Positions 18,729-25,567 of a DNA stretch of 25,567 bases are shown here, piece by piece. Origin of the DNA: a virus (lineage: Duplodnaviria; Heunggongvirae; Uroviricota; Caudoviricetes); the IMG/VR virus record IMGVR_UViG_2925914267_000006, positions 1 to 25,567 of that record, one strand, 5' to 3'. The stretch's first letter is position 1, and each line of letters starts with the position of its first letter. The notes under the pieces were generated by a model that was not told the origin of the DNA, searched no databases, and was given only the letters and a program-made list of their open reading frames with translations. A program made the translations under genes and the position numbers.

Positions 18729-18756
18729 CCCCGGCCGTCGTGCCGGGTTTTCTTTT
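18729..18756 (+). terminator. Rho-independent terminator ending the repressor operon
   Basis: Stem cccggc / gccggg with loop cgtcgt, followed by ttttctttt. Confidence 0.75.
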
Positions 18757-18859
18757 GCCTCCCCTCATCACACAAACCGTTCAAAAAACCACCACGACCT
18801 CGCTTCAGTTATCGCTGTGCGATGCAAGTCACAAAATAAATCCATCCTAAATACAACCA

Positions 18860-18925
18860 GTTATATCTAAAACAACCAATAAAACAACTTTTGTTGTTGA
18901 TGATAAAACAACTATAGTTTTAAAT
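18860..18925. promoter_or_regulatory. Putative OL / pL region with operator-like repeats
   Basis: aaaacaacc (18869), aaaacaacttttgttgtt (18881-18898, inverted half-sites) and aaaacaactatagtttt (18905-18921). The last is the reverse complement of the OR 17-mer with one mismatch. Confidence 0.5.
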
Positions 18926-19202
18926 AAGTTCATCGCAACAACACAACGATACGGCAACTACCTGATTCACCGTTGCGATGACCGCTTAGATCCGCAGTTT
19001 GAATTTCAGCAGGCTTCGGGGAGTGCGAGGGGTGAAACGGACGCGTGAACGTCGGTGTGACCAGCTGAAATTAACTCAACATTTCATACCTTAGTCGCTT
19101 CAACGAGGCGGCTTAGTTATGACAACCGGCGGCCATCCACCGCCTGAATACGCGCAGAAGTCTCTATATGTTCAGCAGCCCAGCTTACGGGCAGGAGTTT
19201 TT

Positions 19203-19409
19203 ATGGTTCATCAACATTATGGAACGCAGACCGTTAATCGAGGTGCGGTCATGCCAGGAATGCTGGTCAAACACAAAGATGGTACCTGGACTGCATCAGC
19301 TAATTTACGCGGACGGCTTTATCTGCATCGCGGCATCGAGCGCACTTATACCCGTGATTTGCTCGTGGAAGTTTTTCTCGACGGACGCGGTAACGGCCTG
19401 AATCACTAA
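19203..19409 (+). CDS. Hypothetical 68-aa protein, first gene of the leftward early operon (kil position)
   Basis: ATG preceded by AGGAG with a 7-nt spacer, directly upstream of gam. It does not resemble lambda Kil, cIII or N. Confidence 0.45.
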   Translation: MVHQHYGTQTVNRGAVMPGMLVKHKDGTWTASANLRGRLYLHRGIERTYTRDLLVEVFLDGRGNGLNH

Positions 19410-19484
19410 TCCCCTTTCCTGTTTTCCTAATCAGCCTGGCATTTCGCGGGCGATATTTTCACAGCCATTTTCAGGAGTTCAGCC

Positions 19485-19781
19485 ATGAACGCTTATTACA
19501 TTCAGGATCGTCTTGAGGCTCAGAGCTGGGCGCGTCACTACCAGCAGATCGCCCGTGAAGAGAAAGAGGCAGAACTGGCAGACGACATGGAAAAAGGCCT
19601 GCCCCAGCACCTGTTTGAATCGCTATGCATCGATCATTTGCAACGCCACGGGGCCAGCAAAAAAGCCATTACCCGTGCGTTTGATGACGATGTTGAGTTT
19701 CAGGAGCGCATGGCAGAACACATCCGGTACATGGTTGAAACCATTGCTCACCATCAGGTTGATATTGATTCAGAGGTATAA
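19485..19781 (+). CDS. gam: Gam (RecBCD inhibitor), short 98-aa form
   Basis: [44 protein letters not shown]... is nearly identical to lambda Gam as recalled. Confidence 0.93.
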   Translation: MNAYYIQDRLEAQSWARHYQQIAREEKEAELADDMEKGLPQHLFESLCIDHLQRHGASKKAITRAFDDDVEFQERMAEHIRYMVETIAHHQVDIDSEV

Positions 19782-19786
19782 AACGG

Positions 19787-20572
19787 ATGAGTACAGCACT
19801 CGCAACGCTGGCAGGGAAGCTGGCTGAACGTGTCGGCATGGATTCTGTCGACCCACTGGAACTGATCACCACTCTTCGCCAGACGGCATTTAAAGGTGAT
19901 GCCAGCGATGCGCAGTTCATCGCATTGTTGATCGTCGCCAACCAGTACGGCCTTAATCCGTGGACGAAAGAAATTTACGCCTTCCCTGATAAGCAGAACG
20001 GCATCGTTCCGGTGGTGGGCGTTGATGGCTGGTCCCGCATCATCAATGAAAACCAGCAGTTTGATGGCATGGACTTTGAGCAGGACAATGAATCCTGTAC
20101 ATGCCGGATTTACCGCAAAGACCGTAATCATCCGATCTGCGTTACCGAGTGGATGGATGAATGCCGCCGCGAACCATTCAAAACCCGCGAAGGCAGAGAA
20201 ATCACCGGACCGTGGCAGTCGCATCCCAAACGGATGTTACGGCATAAAGCCATGATTCAGTGTGCCCGTCTGGCCTTCGGATTTGCGGGTATCTATGACA
20301 AGGATGAAGCCGAGCGCATTGTCGAAAATACCGCATACACTGCAGAACGTCAGCCGGAACGCGACATCACTCCGGTTAACGATGAAACCATGCAGGAGAT
20401 TAACACTCTGCTGATCGCCCTGGATAAAACATGGGATGACGACTTATTGCCGCTCTGTTCCCAGATATTTCGCCGCGACATTCGCGCATCGTCAGAACTG
20501 ACACAAGCCGAAGCAGTGAAAGCTCTTGGATTCCTGAAACAGAAAGCCACTGAGCAGAAGGTGGCAGCATGA
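19787..20572 (+). CDS. bet: Bet (Red-beta single-strand annealing protein)
   Basis: 261-aa protein nearly identical to lambda Bet as recalled (MSTALATLAGKLAERVGMDSVDPLELITTLRQTAFKGDASDAQFIALL...). Confidence 0.93.
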   Translation: MSTALATLAGKLAERVGMDSVDPLELITTLRQTAFKGDASDAQFIALLIVANQYGLNPWTKEIYAFPDKQNGIVPVVGVDGWSRIINENQQFDGMDFEQDNESCTCRIYRKDRNHPICVTEWMDECRREPFKTREGREITGPWQSHPKRMLRHKAMIQCARLAFGFAGIYDKDEAERIVENTAYTAERQPERDITPVNDETMQEINTLLIALDKTWDDDLLPLCSQIFRRDIRASSELTQAEAVKALGFLKQKATEQKVAA

Positions 20573-20685
20573 CACCGGACATTATCCTGCAGCGTACCGG
20601 GATCGACGTGAGAGCTGTCGAACAGGGGGATTGAACCGCCCCGGAAATCCTGGAGACTAAACTCCCTGAGAAAGAGGTAAACAGG

Positions 20686-21012
20686 ATGACTAAAAATACT
20701 CGTTTTTCCCCCGAAGTCCGTCAGCGGGCGATTCGTATGGTTCTGGAAAGTCAGGATGAATATGACTCACAGTGGGCGGCAATTTGTTCCATTGCCCCAA
20801 AGATTGGCTGTACGCCGGAGACTCTGCGTGTCTGGGTTCGCCAGCATGAGCGGGATACCGGGGGCGGTGATGGTGGGCTCACCAGTGCTGAACGTCAGCG
20901 TCTGAAAGAGCTGGAACGTGAAAATCGTGAACTGCGCCGCAGTAACGATATCCTTCGCCAGGCTTCCGCTTATTTTGCGAAGGCGGAGTTCGACCGCCTC
21001 TGGAAAAAATGA
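20686..21012 (+). CDS. IS629 OrfA
   Basis: 108-aa protein [42 protein letters not shown]... matching IS629-group OrfA as recalled. Confidence 0.88.
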   Translation: MTKNTRFSPEVRQRAIRMVLESQDEYDSQWAAICSIAPKIGCTPETLRVWVRQHERDTGGGDGGLTSAERQRLKELERENRELRRSNDILRQASAYFAKAEFDRLWKK

Positions 21013-21899
21013 TGCCACTGCTGGATAAGCTGCGTGAGCAGTACGGGGTCGGACCGGTATGCAGCGAACTGCATATTGCCCCGTCAACGTATTACCATTG
21101 TCAGCAACAGCGACATCATCCGGATAAACGCAGTGCCCGTGCGCAGCACGACGACTGGCTGAAGAGAGAGATACAGCGCGTATACGATGAAAATCATCAG
21201 GTGTACGGTGTGCGTAAAGTCTGGCGTCAGTTGTTACGGGAAGGAATCAGGGTAGCCAGATGTACAGTGGCGCGCCTCATGGCGGTTATGGGACTTGCCG
21301 GTGTTCTCCGGGGTAAAAAGGTCCGCACTACCGTCAGCCGGAAAGCCGTTGCCGCAGGCGACCGCGTAAACCGTCAGTTTGTGGCAGAACGACCTGACCA
21401 GCTGTGGGTGGCTGATTTTACTTACGTCAGCACATGGCAGGGCTTCGTCTATGTGGCGTTTATCATTGATGTGTTTGCCGGATACATCGTGGGGTGGCGG
21501 GTCTCATCGTCTATGGAAACGACATTCGTGCTGGATGCGCTGGAGCAGGCGTTGTGGGCCCGTCGTCCGTCTGGCACCATCCATCACAGCGATAAAGGCT
21601 CTCAGTATGTGTCACTGGCCTATACGGAGCGACTAAAAGAAGCCGGATTACTGGCATCAACAGGGAGTACAGGCGACTCGTATGACAACGCGATGGCTGA
21701 GAGCATCAATGGTCTTTACAAAGCGGAGGTAATACACCGTAAGAGCTGGAAAAACCGTGCAGAAGTGGAACTGGCCACACTAACGTGGGTGGACTGGTAT
21801 AACAATCGACGATTGCTGGGAAGGCTGGGCCATACTCCTCCGGCAGAAGCAGAAAAAGCTTATTATGCTTCCATCGGAAACGATGATCTGGCAGCCTGA
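21009..21899 (+). CDS. IS629 OrfB (DDE transposase core)
   Basis: 296-aa protein with IS3-family OrfB motifs ([31 protein letters not shown]). Confidence 0.88.
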   Translation: MMPLLDKLREQYGVGPVCSELHIAPSTYYHCQQQRHHPDKRSARAQHDDWLKREIQRVYDENHQVYGVRKVWRQLLREGIRVARCTVARLMAVMGLAGVLRGKKVRTTVSRKAVAAGDRVNRQFVAERPDQLWVADFTYVSTWQGFVYVAFIIDVFAGYIVGWRVSSSMETTFVLDALEQALWARRPSGTIHHSDKGSQYVSLAYTERLKEAGLLASTGSTGDSYDNAMAESINGLYKAEVIHRKSWKNRAEVELATLTWVDWYNNRRLLGRLGHTPPAEAEKAYYASIGNDDLAA

Positions 21900-22558
21900 G
21901 TTCACAGATAAAACACTCTCCAGGAAACCCGGGGCGGTTCAGATGATGCATGGCACAAATTACGGCTCGGCGTCATCACCGCTTCAGAAGTTCACAACGT
22001 GATAGCAAAGCCCCGCTCAGGAAAGAAGTGGCCTGACATGAAAATGTCCTACTTCCACACCCTGCTGGCTGAGGTTTGCACCGGTGTGGCTCCGGAAGTT
22101 AATGCTAAGGCGCTGGCCTGGGGAAAACAGTACGAGAACGACGCCAGAACCCTGTTTGAATTCACTTCCGGCGTGAATGTTACTGAATCCCCGATCATCT
22201 ATCGCGACGAAAGTATGCGCACCGCCTGCTCTCCCGATGGTTTATGCAGTGACGGCAACGGCCTTGAACTGAAATGCCCGTTTACCTCCCGGGATTTCAT
22301 GAAATTCCGGCTCGGTGGTTTTGAGGCAATAAAATCGGCTTACATGGCCCAGGTGCAGTACAGCATGTGGGTGACGCGAAAAGATGCCTGGTACTTTGCC
22401 AACTATGACCCGCGCATGAAGCGTGAAGGCCTGCATTATGTCGTGATTGAGCGGAATGAAAAGTACATGGCGAGTTTTGACGAGATGGTGCCGGAGTTCA
22501 TCGAAAAAATGGACGAGGCACTGGCTGAAATTGGTTTTGTATTTGGGGAGCAATGGCG

Positions 22559-22720
22559 ATGAAGCATCCTCACGATAATATCCGGGTAGGCACGATCACT
22601 TTCGTCTACTCCGTTACAAAGCGAGGCTGGATATTTCCCGGCCTTTCTGTTATCCGAAATCCCCTGAAAGCACAGCGGCTGGCTGAGGAGATAAATAATA
22701 AACGGGGGCTGTATGACTGA
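22559..22720 (+). CDS. 53-aa hypothetical protein of the exo-xis region
   Basis: The ATG overlaps the exo stop (ATGA) and the stop overlaps the methyltransferase start; translated by hand as [24 protein letters not shown]... Confidence 0.45.
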   Translation: MKHPHDNIRVGTITFVYSVTKRGWIFPGLSVIRNPLKAQRLAEEINNKRGLYD

Positions 22721-23270
22721 TTTCACCGGAAGCAATACTCCTGCCGAACATCGCGACAGCTGGCGCACACCACCAGAGATTTTTGCTGCGCTTAATGCAG
22801 AGTTCGTTTTTCAACTTGATGCTGCCGCCAGCGAAAAAAACCGACTATGTCGGCTTTTTATCTCACAGGAGCAGAACACATTAACCACTTCATGGCCTGA
22901 AGCAATGGGATATGCCTCTGGTTATGTCTGGTTGAATCCACCATACAGCAATATTTCCCCTTTTGTGAAAAAGGCAGCCACTGAAAACAAATTCAGTAGT
23001 GTGGGATGTGTAATGTTATTGCCTGCTGACACATCTGTCGGATGGTTTCATGAAGCGATACAAACCGCCAGTGAGGTCAGATTCATCACGGCAGGACGAC
23101 TGGCATTTATTAACCCACTCACTGAGAAAACCGTCAGTGGAAATAATAAAGGCTCGATGCTCATTATCTGGCACCCATACCCCCGTACACACTGCCGCTT
23201 TACGACCGTTGATCGTGGAGAGTTGATGGCGTTCGGCTCAAGGATTCTTGCCCGTCGGGAGGCTGCATGA
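22713..23270 (+). CDS. Phage-type DNA N6-adenine methyltransferase
   Basis: 185-aa protein with the NPPY catalytic motif (WLNPPYS) and an N-terminal DAAAS stretch. Confidence 0.8.
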   Translation: MTDFTGSNTPAEHRDSWRTPPEIFAALNAEFVFQLDAAASEKNRLCRLFISQEQNTLTTSWPEAMGYASGYVWLNPPYSNISPFVKKAATENKFSSVGCVMLLPADTSVGWFHEAIQTASEVRFITAGRLAFINPLTEKTVSGNNKGSMLIIWHPYPRTHCRFTTVDRGELMAFGSRILARREAA

Positions 23271-23350
23271 CAACCACGGAATGCATTTTTCTGGCAGCGG
23301 GCTTCATATTCTGTGTGCTTATGCTTGCCGACATGGGACTTGTTCAATGA
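23267..23350 (+). CDS. 27-aa hydrophobic peptide translationally coupled to the methyltransferase
   Basis: MTTTECIFLAAGFIFCVLMLADMGLVQ; GGGAGG ribosome-binding site 5 nt upstream; ATGA overlaps with both the upstream and downstream genes. Confidence 0.4.
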   Translation: MTTTECIFLAAGFIFCVLMLADMGLVQ

Positions 23351-23562
23351 CACCTCAGCAGGAAAATGCCCTTCGCAGCATTGCCCGTCAGGCTAATTCT
23401 GAAATCAAAAAAGCCAGACAGCAGTTTCCGGATAAAAACGTCGATGACATTTGCCGTAGCGTACTTAAGAAGCACCGCGAAACGGTAACGCTGATGGGAT
23501 TCACACCGACTCATTTAAGCCTGGCGATCGGCATGTTAAACGGCGTCTTTAAGGAACGGTGA
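23347..23562 (+). CDS. 71-aa hypothetical protein of the exo-xis region
   Basis: Starts at the internal ATG (MTPQQENALRSIARQ...) that overlaps the peptide stop. Confidence 0.45.
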   Translation: MTPQQENALRSIARQANSEIKKARQQFPDKNVDDICRSVLKKHRETVTLMGFTPTHLSLAIGMLNGVFKER

Positions 23563-23583
23563 ACATGAAAAGCAAAATCATCA

Positions 23584-23610
23584 GGGAGCTACAGGCTCCT
23601 TTTTTATTGT
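23584..23610 (+). terminator. Candidate rho-independent terminator
   Basis: Stem ggagc / gctcc followed by ttttttatt. Confidence 0.35.
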
Positions 23611-23660
23611 TCGCATTCATCCTCAAGCGTATTAACCAACAATTCAGGGATTAATGGAAG

Positions 23661-23879
23661 ATGGCAGACATCATTGATTCAGCATCAGAAATCGAAGAAT
23701 TACAGCGCAATACAGCAATAAAAATGCGTCGTCTGAACTACCAGACTGTATCCGCAACTCATTGTTGTGAGTGTGGCGATCCGATAGATGAGCGAAGACG
23801 CCTGGCTGTTCAGGGTTGTCGGACTTGTGCAAGTTGCCAGGAGGAGATCGAACTTAAGAACAAACAATGGGGACTGTGA
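23661..23879 (+). CDS. TraR/DksA-family C4 zinc-finger protein
   Basis: 72-aa protein with CxxC-N17-CxxC spacing (CCECGDPIDERRRLAVQGCRTCASC). Confidence 0.75.
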   Translation: MADIIDSASEIEELQRNTAIKMRRLNYQTVSATHCCECGDPIDERRRLAVQGCRTCASCQEEIELKNKQWGL

Positions 23880-23926
23880 TGGCCTCAAAGCAGCAAATTT
23901 CAACATCGTCCAACTGAGGTGTAAAA

Positions 23927-24205
23927 ATGTTCAGAATCATTTTTCCTAACACCTGGTACGTCGACCACCACGGCACTCCCTGCAAAATCCTGCGTTCTAC
24001 CCACAACAAAGTTCACTACATCCGAAAAGGCAGAACATGTATCGCCAGCATGTTCCGCTTTAATCATGACTTTGAACCTGTGAATAAAGCTGATGCAGAT
24101 CGGATAGCAGAAGAGATCGAAACGGCAGAACACATTAAGAAGTTACGTGACATGCGTTCAAAAAGCAGAGGTAACCATGGAATCATACAGCCTCACACTC
24201 GATGA
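23927..24205 (+). CDS. 92-aa hypothetical protein
   Basis: ORF with a GAGGTG ribosome-binding site; its end overlaps the xis start. Confidence 0.4.
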   Translation: MFRIIFPNTWYVDHHGTPCKILRSTHNKVHYIRKGRTCIASMFRFNHDFEPVNKADADRIAEEIETAEHIKKLRDMRSKSRGNHGIIQPHTR

Positions 24206-24548
24206 GGCCTGTCAGTTTCTTAAGATATCCAGACCAACCGCCACCAACTGGATACGAACAGGCCGCCTACAGGCAACACGTAAAGATCCAACCAAGCCAA
24301 AATCTCCTTACCTCACAACACGGCAAGCCTGCATTGCGGCGCTTCAGTCTCCGCTGCATACTGTCCAGGTGAGCGCGGGTGATGGCATAACAGAGGAAAG
24401 AAAATGTCACTCTTCCGCAGAAATGAAATATGGTATGCCTCGTATTCGCTCCCGGGCGGGAAACGAATTAAGGAATCTCTTGGCACAAAGGACAAGCGGC
24501 AAGCTCAGGAGTTGCACGACAAGCGAAAAGCAGAACTCTGGCGAGTAG
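24177..24548 (+). CDS. xis: Excisionase-like HTH protein (AlpA/Xis type); 3' extent uncertain
   Basis: [31 protein letters not shown]... is a typical Xis/AlpA HTH placed directly upstream of int. The frame runs 145 nt into int, which is unusually long. Confidence 0.6.
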   Translation: MESYSLTLDEACQFLKISRPTATNWIRTGRLQATRKDPTKPKSPYLTTRQACIAALQSPLHTVQVSAGDGITEERKCHSSAEMKYGMPRIRSRAGNELRNLLAQRTSGKLRSCTTSEKQNSGE

Positions 24549-25567
24549 AAAAGCTAGGGGATTTACCTGATGTCACTTTTGAAGAGGCCTGCCTAAGATG
24601 GCTTGAGGAAAAAGCTGATAAAAAATCTCTCGATTCAGATAAAAGCCGGATTGAGTTCTGGCTTGAACATTTTGAGGGTATAAGGCTTAAAGATATCTCG
24701 GAGGCAAAGATTTACTCTGCTGTAAGCAGAATGCATAACAGAAAGACGAAAGAAATATGGAAACAGAAAGTTCAGGCCGCCATCAGGAAAGGTAAAGAAC
24801 TGCCTGTTTATGAACCAAAGCCAGTATCAACTCAGACAAAGGCAAAGCATCTTGCCATGATAAAGGCCATTCTCCGTGCTGCAGAACGCGACTGGAAGTG
24901 GCTGGAAAAAGCGCCTGTCATCAAGATACCAGCGGTCAGAAACAAGCGAGTCAGATGGCTGGAAAAGGAGGAAGCAAAACGCCTTATTGATGAGTGCCCC
25001 GAACCACTGAAATCTGTCGTCAAGTTTGCGCTGGCAACTGGTCTGAGAAAGTCGAACATCATAAATCTGGAATGGCAACAAATCGACATGCAGCGACGAG
25101 TTGCCTGGGTGAATCCAGAAGAGAGCAAATCAAACCGCGCCATTGGTGTGGCGCTGAACGATACCGCCTGTAAAGTGTTGCGTGATCAAATAGGCAAGCA
25201 TCACAAATGGGTGTTTGTACATACCAAGGCGGCTAAGCGAGCAGATGGAACATCAACGCCTGCGGTCAGGAAGATGCGCATCGACAGCAAGACATCATGG
25301 CTATCAGCTTGTCGTCGTGCAGGAATTGAAGATTTCCGTTTCCATGACCTCAGACACACCTGGGCAAGCTGGCTGATTCAGTCAGGCGTCCCATTATCAG
25401 TGCTTCAGGAAATGGGCGGATGGGAGTCCATAGAAATGGTTCGTAGGTATGCTCACCTTGCGCCTAATCATTTGACAGAGCATGCGAGGAAAATAGACGA
25501 CATTTTTGGTGATAATGTCCCAAATATGTCCCACTCTGGAATTATGGAGGATATAAAGAAGGCGTAA
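24404..25567 (+). CDS. intD: Tyrosine site-specific integrase (DLP12 IntD-like)
   Basis: 387-aa protein with the catalytic signature region ([39 protein letters not shown]); the N-terminus [14 protein letters not shown]... matches IntD as recalled. The stop is the last codon of the window. Confidence 0.88.
   Translation: MSLFRRNEIWYASYSLPGGKRIKESLGTKDKRQAQELHDKRKAELWRVEKLGDLPDVTFEEACLRWLEEKADKKSLDSDKSRIEFWLEHFEGIRLKDISEAKIYSAVSRMHNRKTKEIWKQKVQAAIRKGKELPVYEPKPVSTQTKAKHLAMIKAILRAAERDWKWLEKAPVIKIPAVRNKRVRWLEKEEAKRLIDECPEPLKSVVKFALATGLRKSNIINLEWQQIDMQRRVAWVNPEESKSNRAIGVALNDTACKVLRDQIGKHHKWVFVHTKAAKRADGTSTPAVRKMRIDSKTSWLSACRRAGIEDFRFHDLRHTWASWLIQSGVPLSVLQEMGGWESIEMVRRYAHLAPNHLTEHARKIDDIFGDNVPNMSHSGIMEDIKKA

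Larger units (their letters stand above)
20632..21941 (+). mobile_element. IS629-like IS3-family element (1310 bp) with a 3-bp target duplication GAT
   Basis: Termini tgaaccgccccgg (20632) and ccggggcggttca (21941); GAT at 20629-20631 and 21942-21944. The orfA/orfB pair matches IS629 as recalled. Confidence 0.88.
20569..22562 (+). pseudogene. exo: exo (lambda exonuclease) interrupted after codon 21 by IS629
   Basis: The 5' stub MTPDIILQRTGIDVRAVEQGD (20569-20631) and the 3' part from [22 protein letters not shown]... (21942-22562) together rebuild the 226-aa lambda Exo once the IS and one GAT repeat are removed. Confidence 0.9.

Noticed and set aside
18760-19120. N antiterminator gene or nutL site
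   Set aside because: No arginine-rich N-like ORF is present. One cgcttag-like stretch vaguely recalls boxA but there is no convincing boxB hairpin. Absence of N is reported as a finding instead.
19669-20582. Minus-strand ORFs (90, 156, 66 and 60 aa) antisense to gam and bet
   Set aside because: They lie opposite near-identical lambda gam and bet coding sequences and are typical antisense artefacts of GC-rich genes.

Overview
This window is a decayed lambdoid prophage of the E. coli DLP12 type, lying in reverse orientation (integrase at the right end, lysis cassette at the left) and carrying four IS elements. Left to right: IS1 (cut by the window edge); ylcI/ybcW/ybcV-like small genes; bor; the lysis cassette on the minus strand (Rz/Rz1, SAR-endolysin, an extra 114-aa ORF, pinholin); an intact NmpC/OmpD-family porin gene on the plus strand; IS5; ylcG, rusA, ybcO, ninE; a NinB-like gene split by an IS600-like element; a small cargo block (83-aa ORF, Bro-N-like protein, hydrophobic peptide) bracketed by two copies of a terminator-bearing repeat; an AT-rich island encoding a STAND/NACHT-type NTPase plus an overlapping 76-aa ORF, which abuts a truncated ren; lambda P and O-like replication genes with origin iterons inside O; YdaT-like and Cro/YdaS-like genes; a cI-type repressor followed on the same strand by an unrecognised 287-aa gene at the rex position; then gam, bet, exo (split by IS629), a DNA adenine methyltransferase, small ORFs, a TraR/DksA zinc-finger protein, xis and a tyrosine integrase. 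No Q or N antiterminator gene is recognisable. The most interesting candidates are the STAND/NACHT module in the nin region and the repressor-linked 287-aa gene, both at classic prophage defence-cargo positions. All calls come from reading the sequence and recalled protein families; no database search or GC computation was run.
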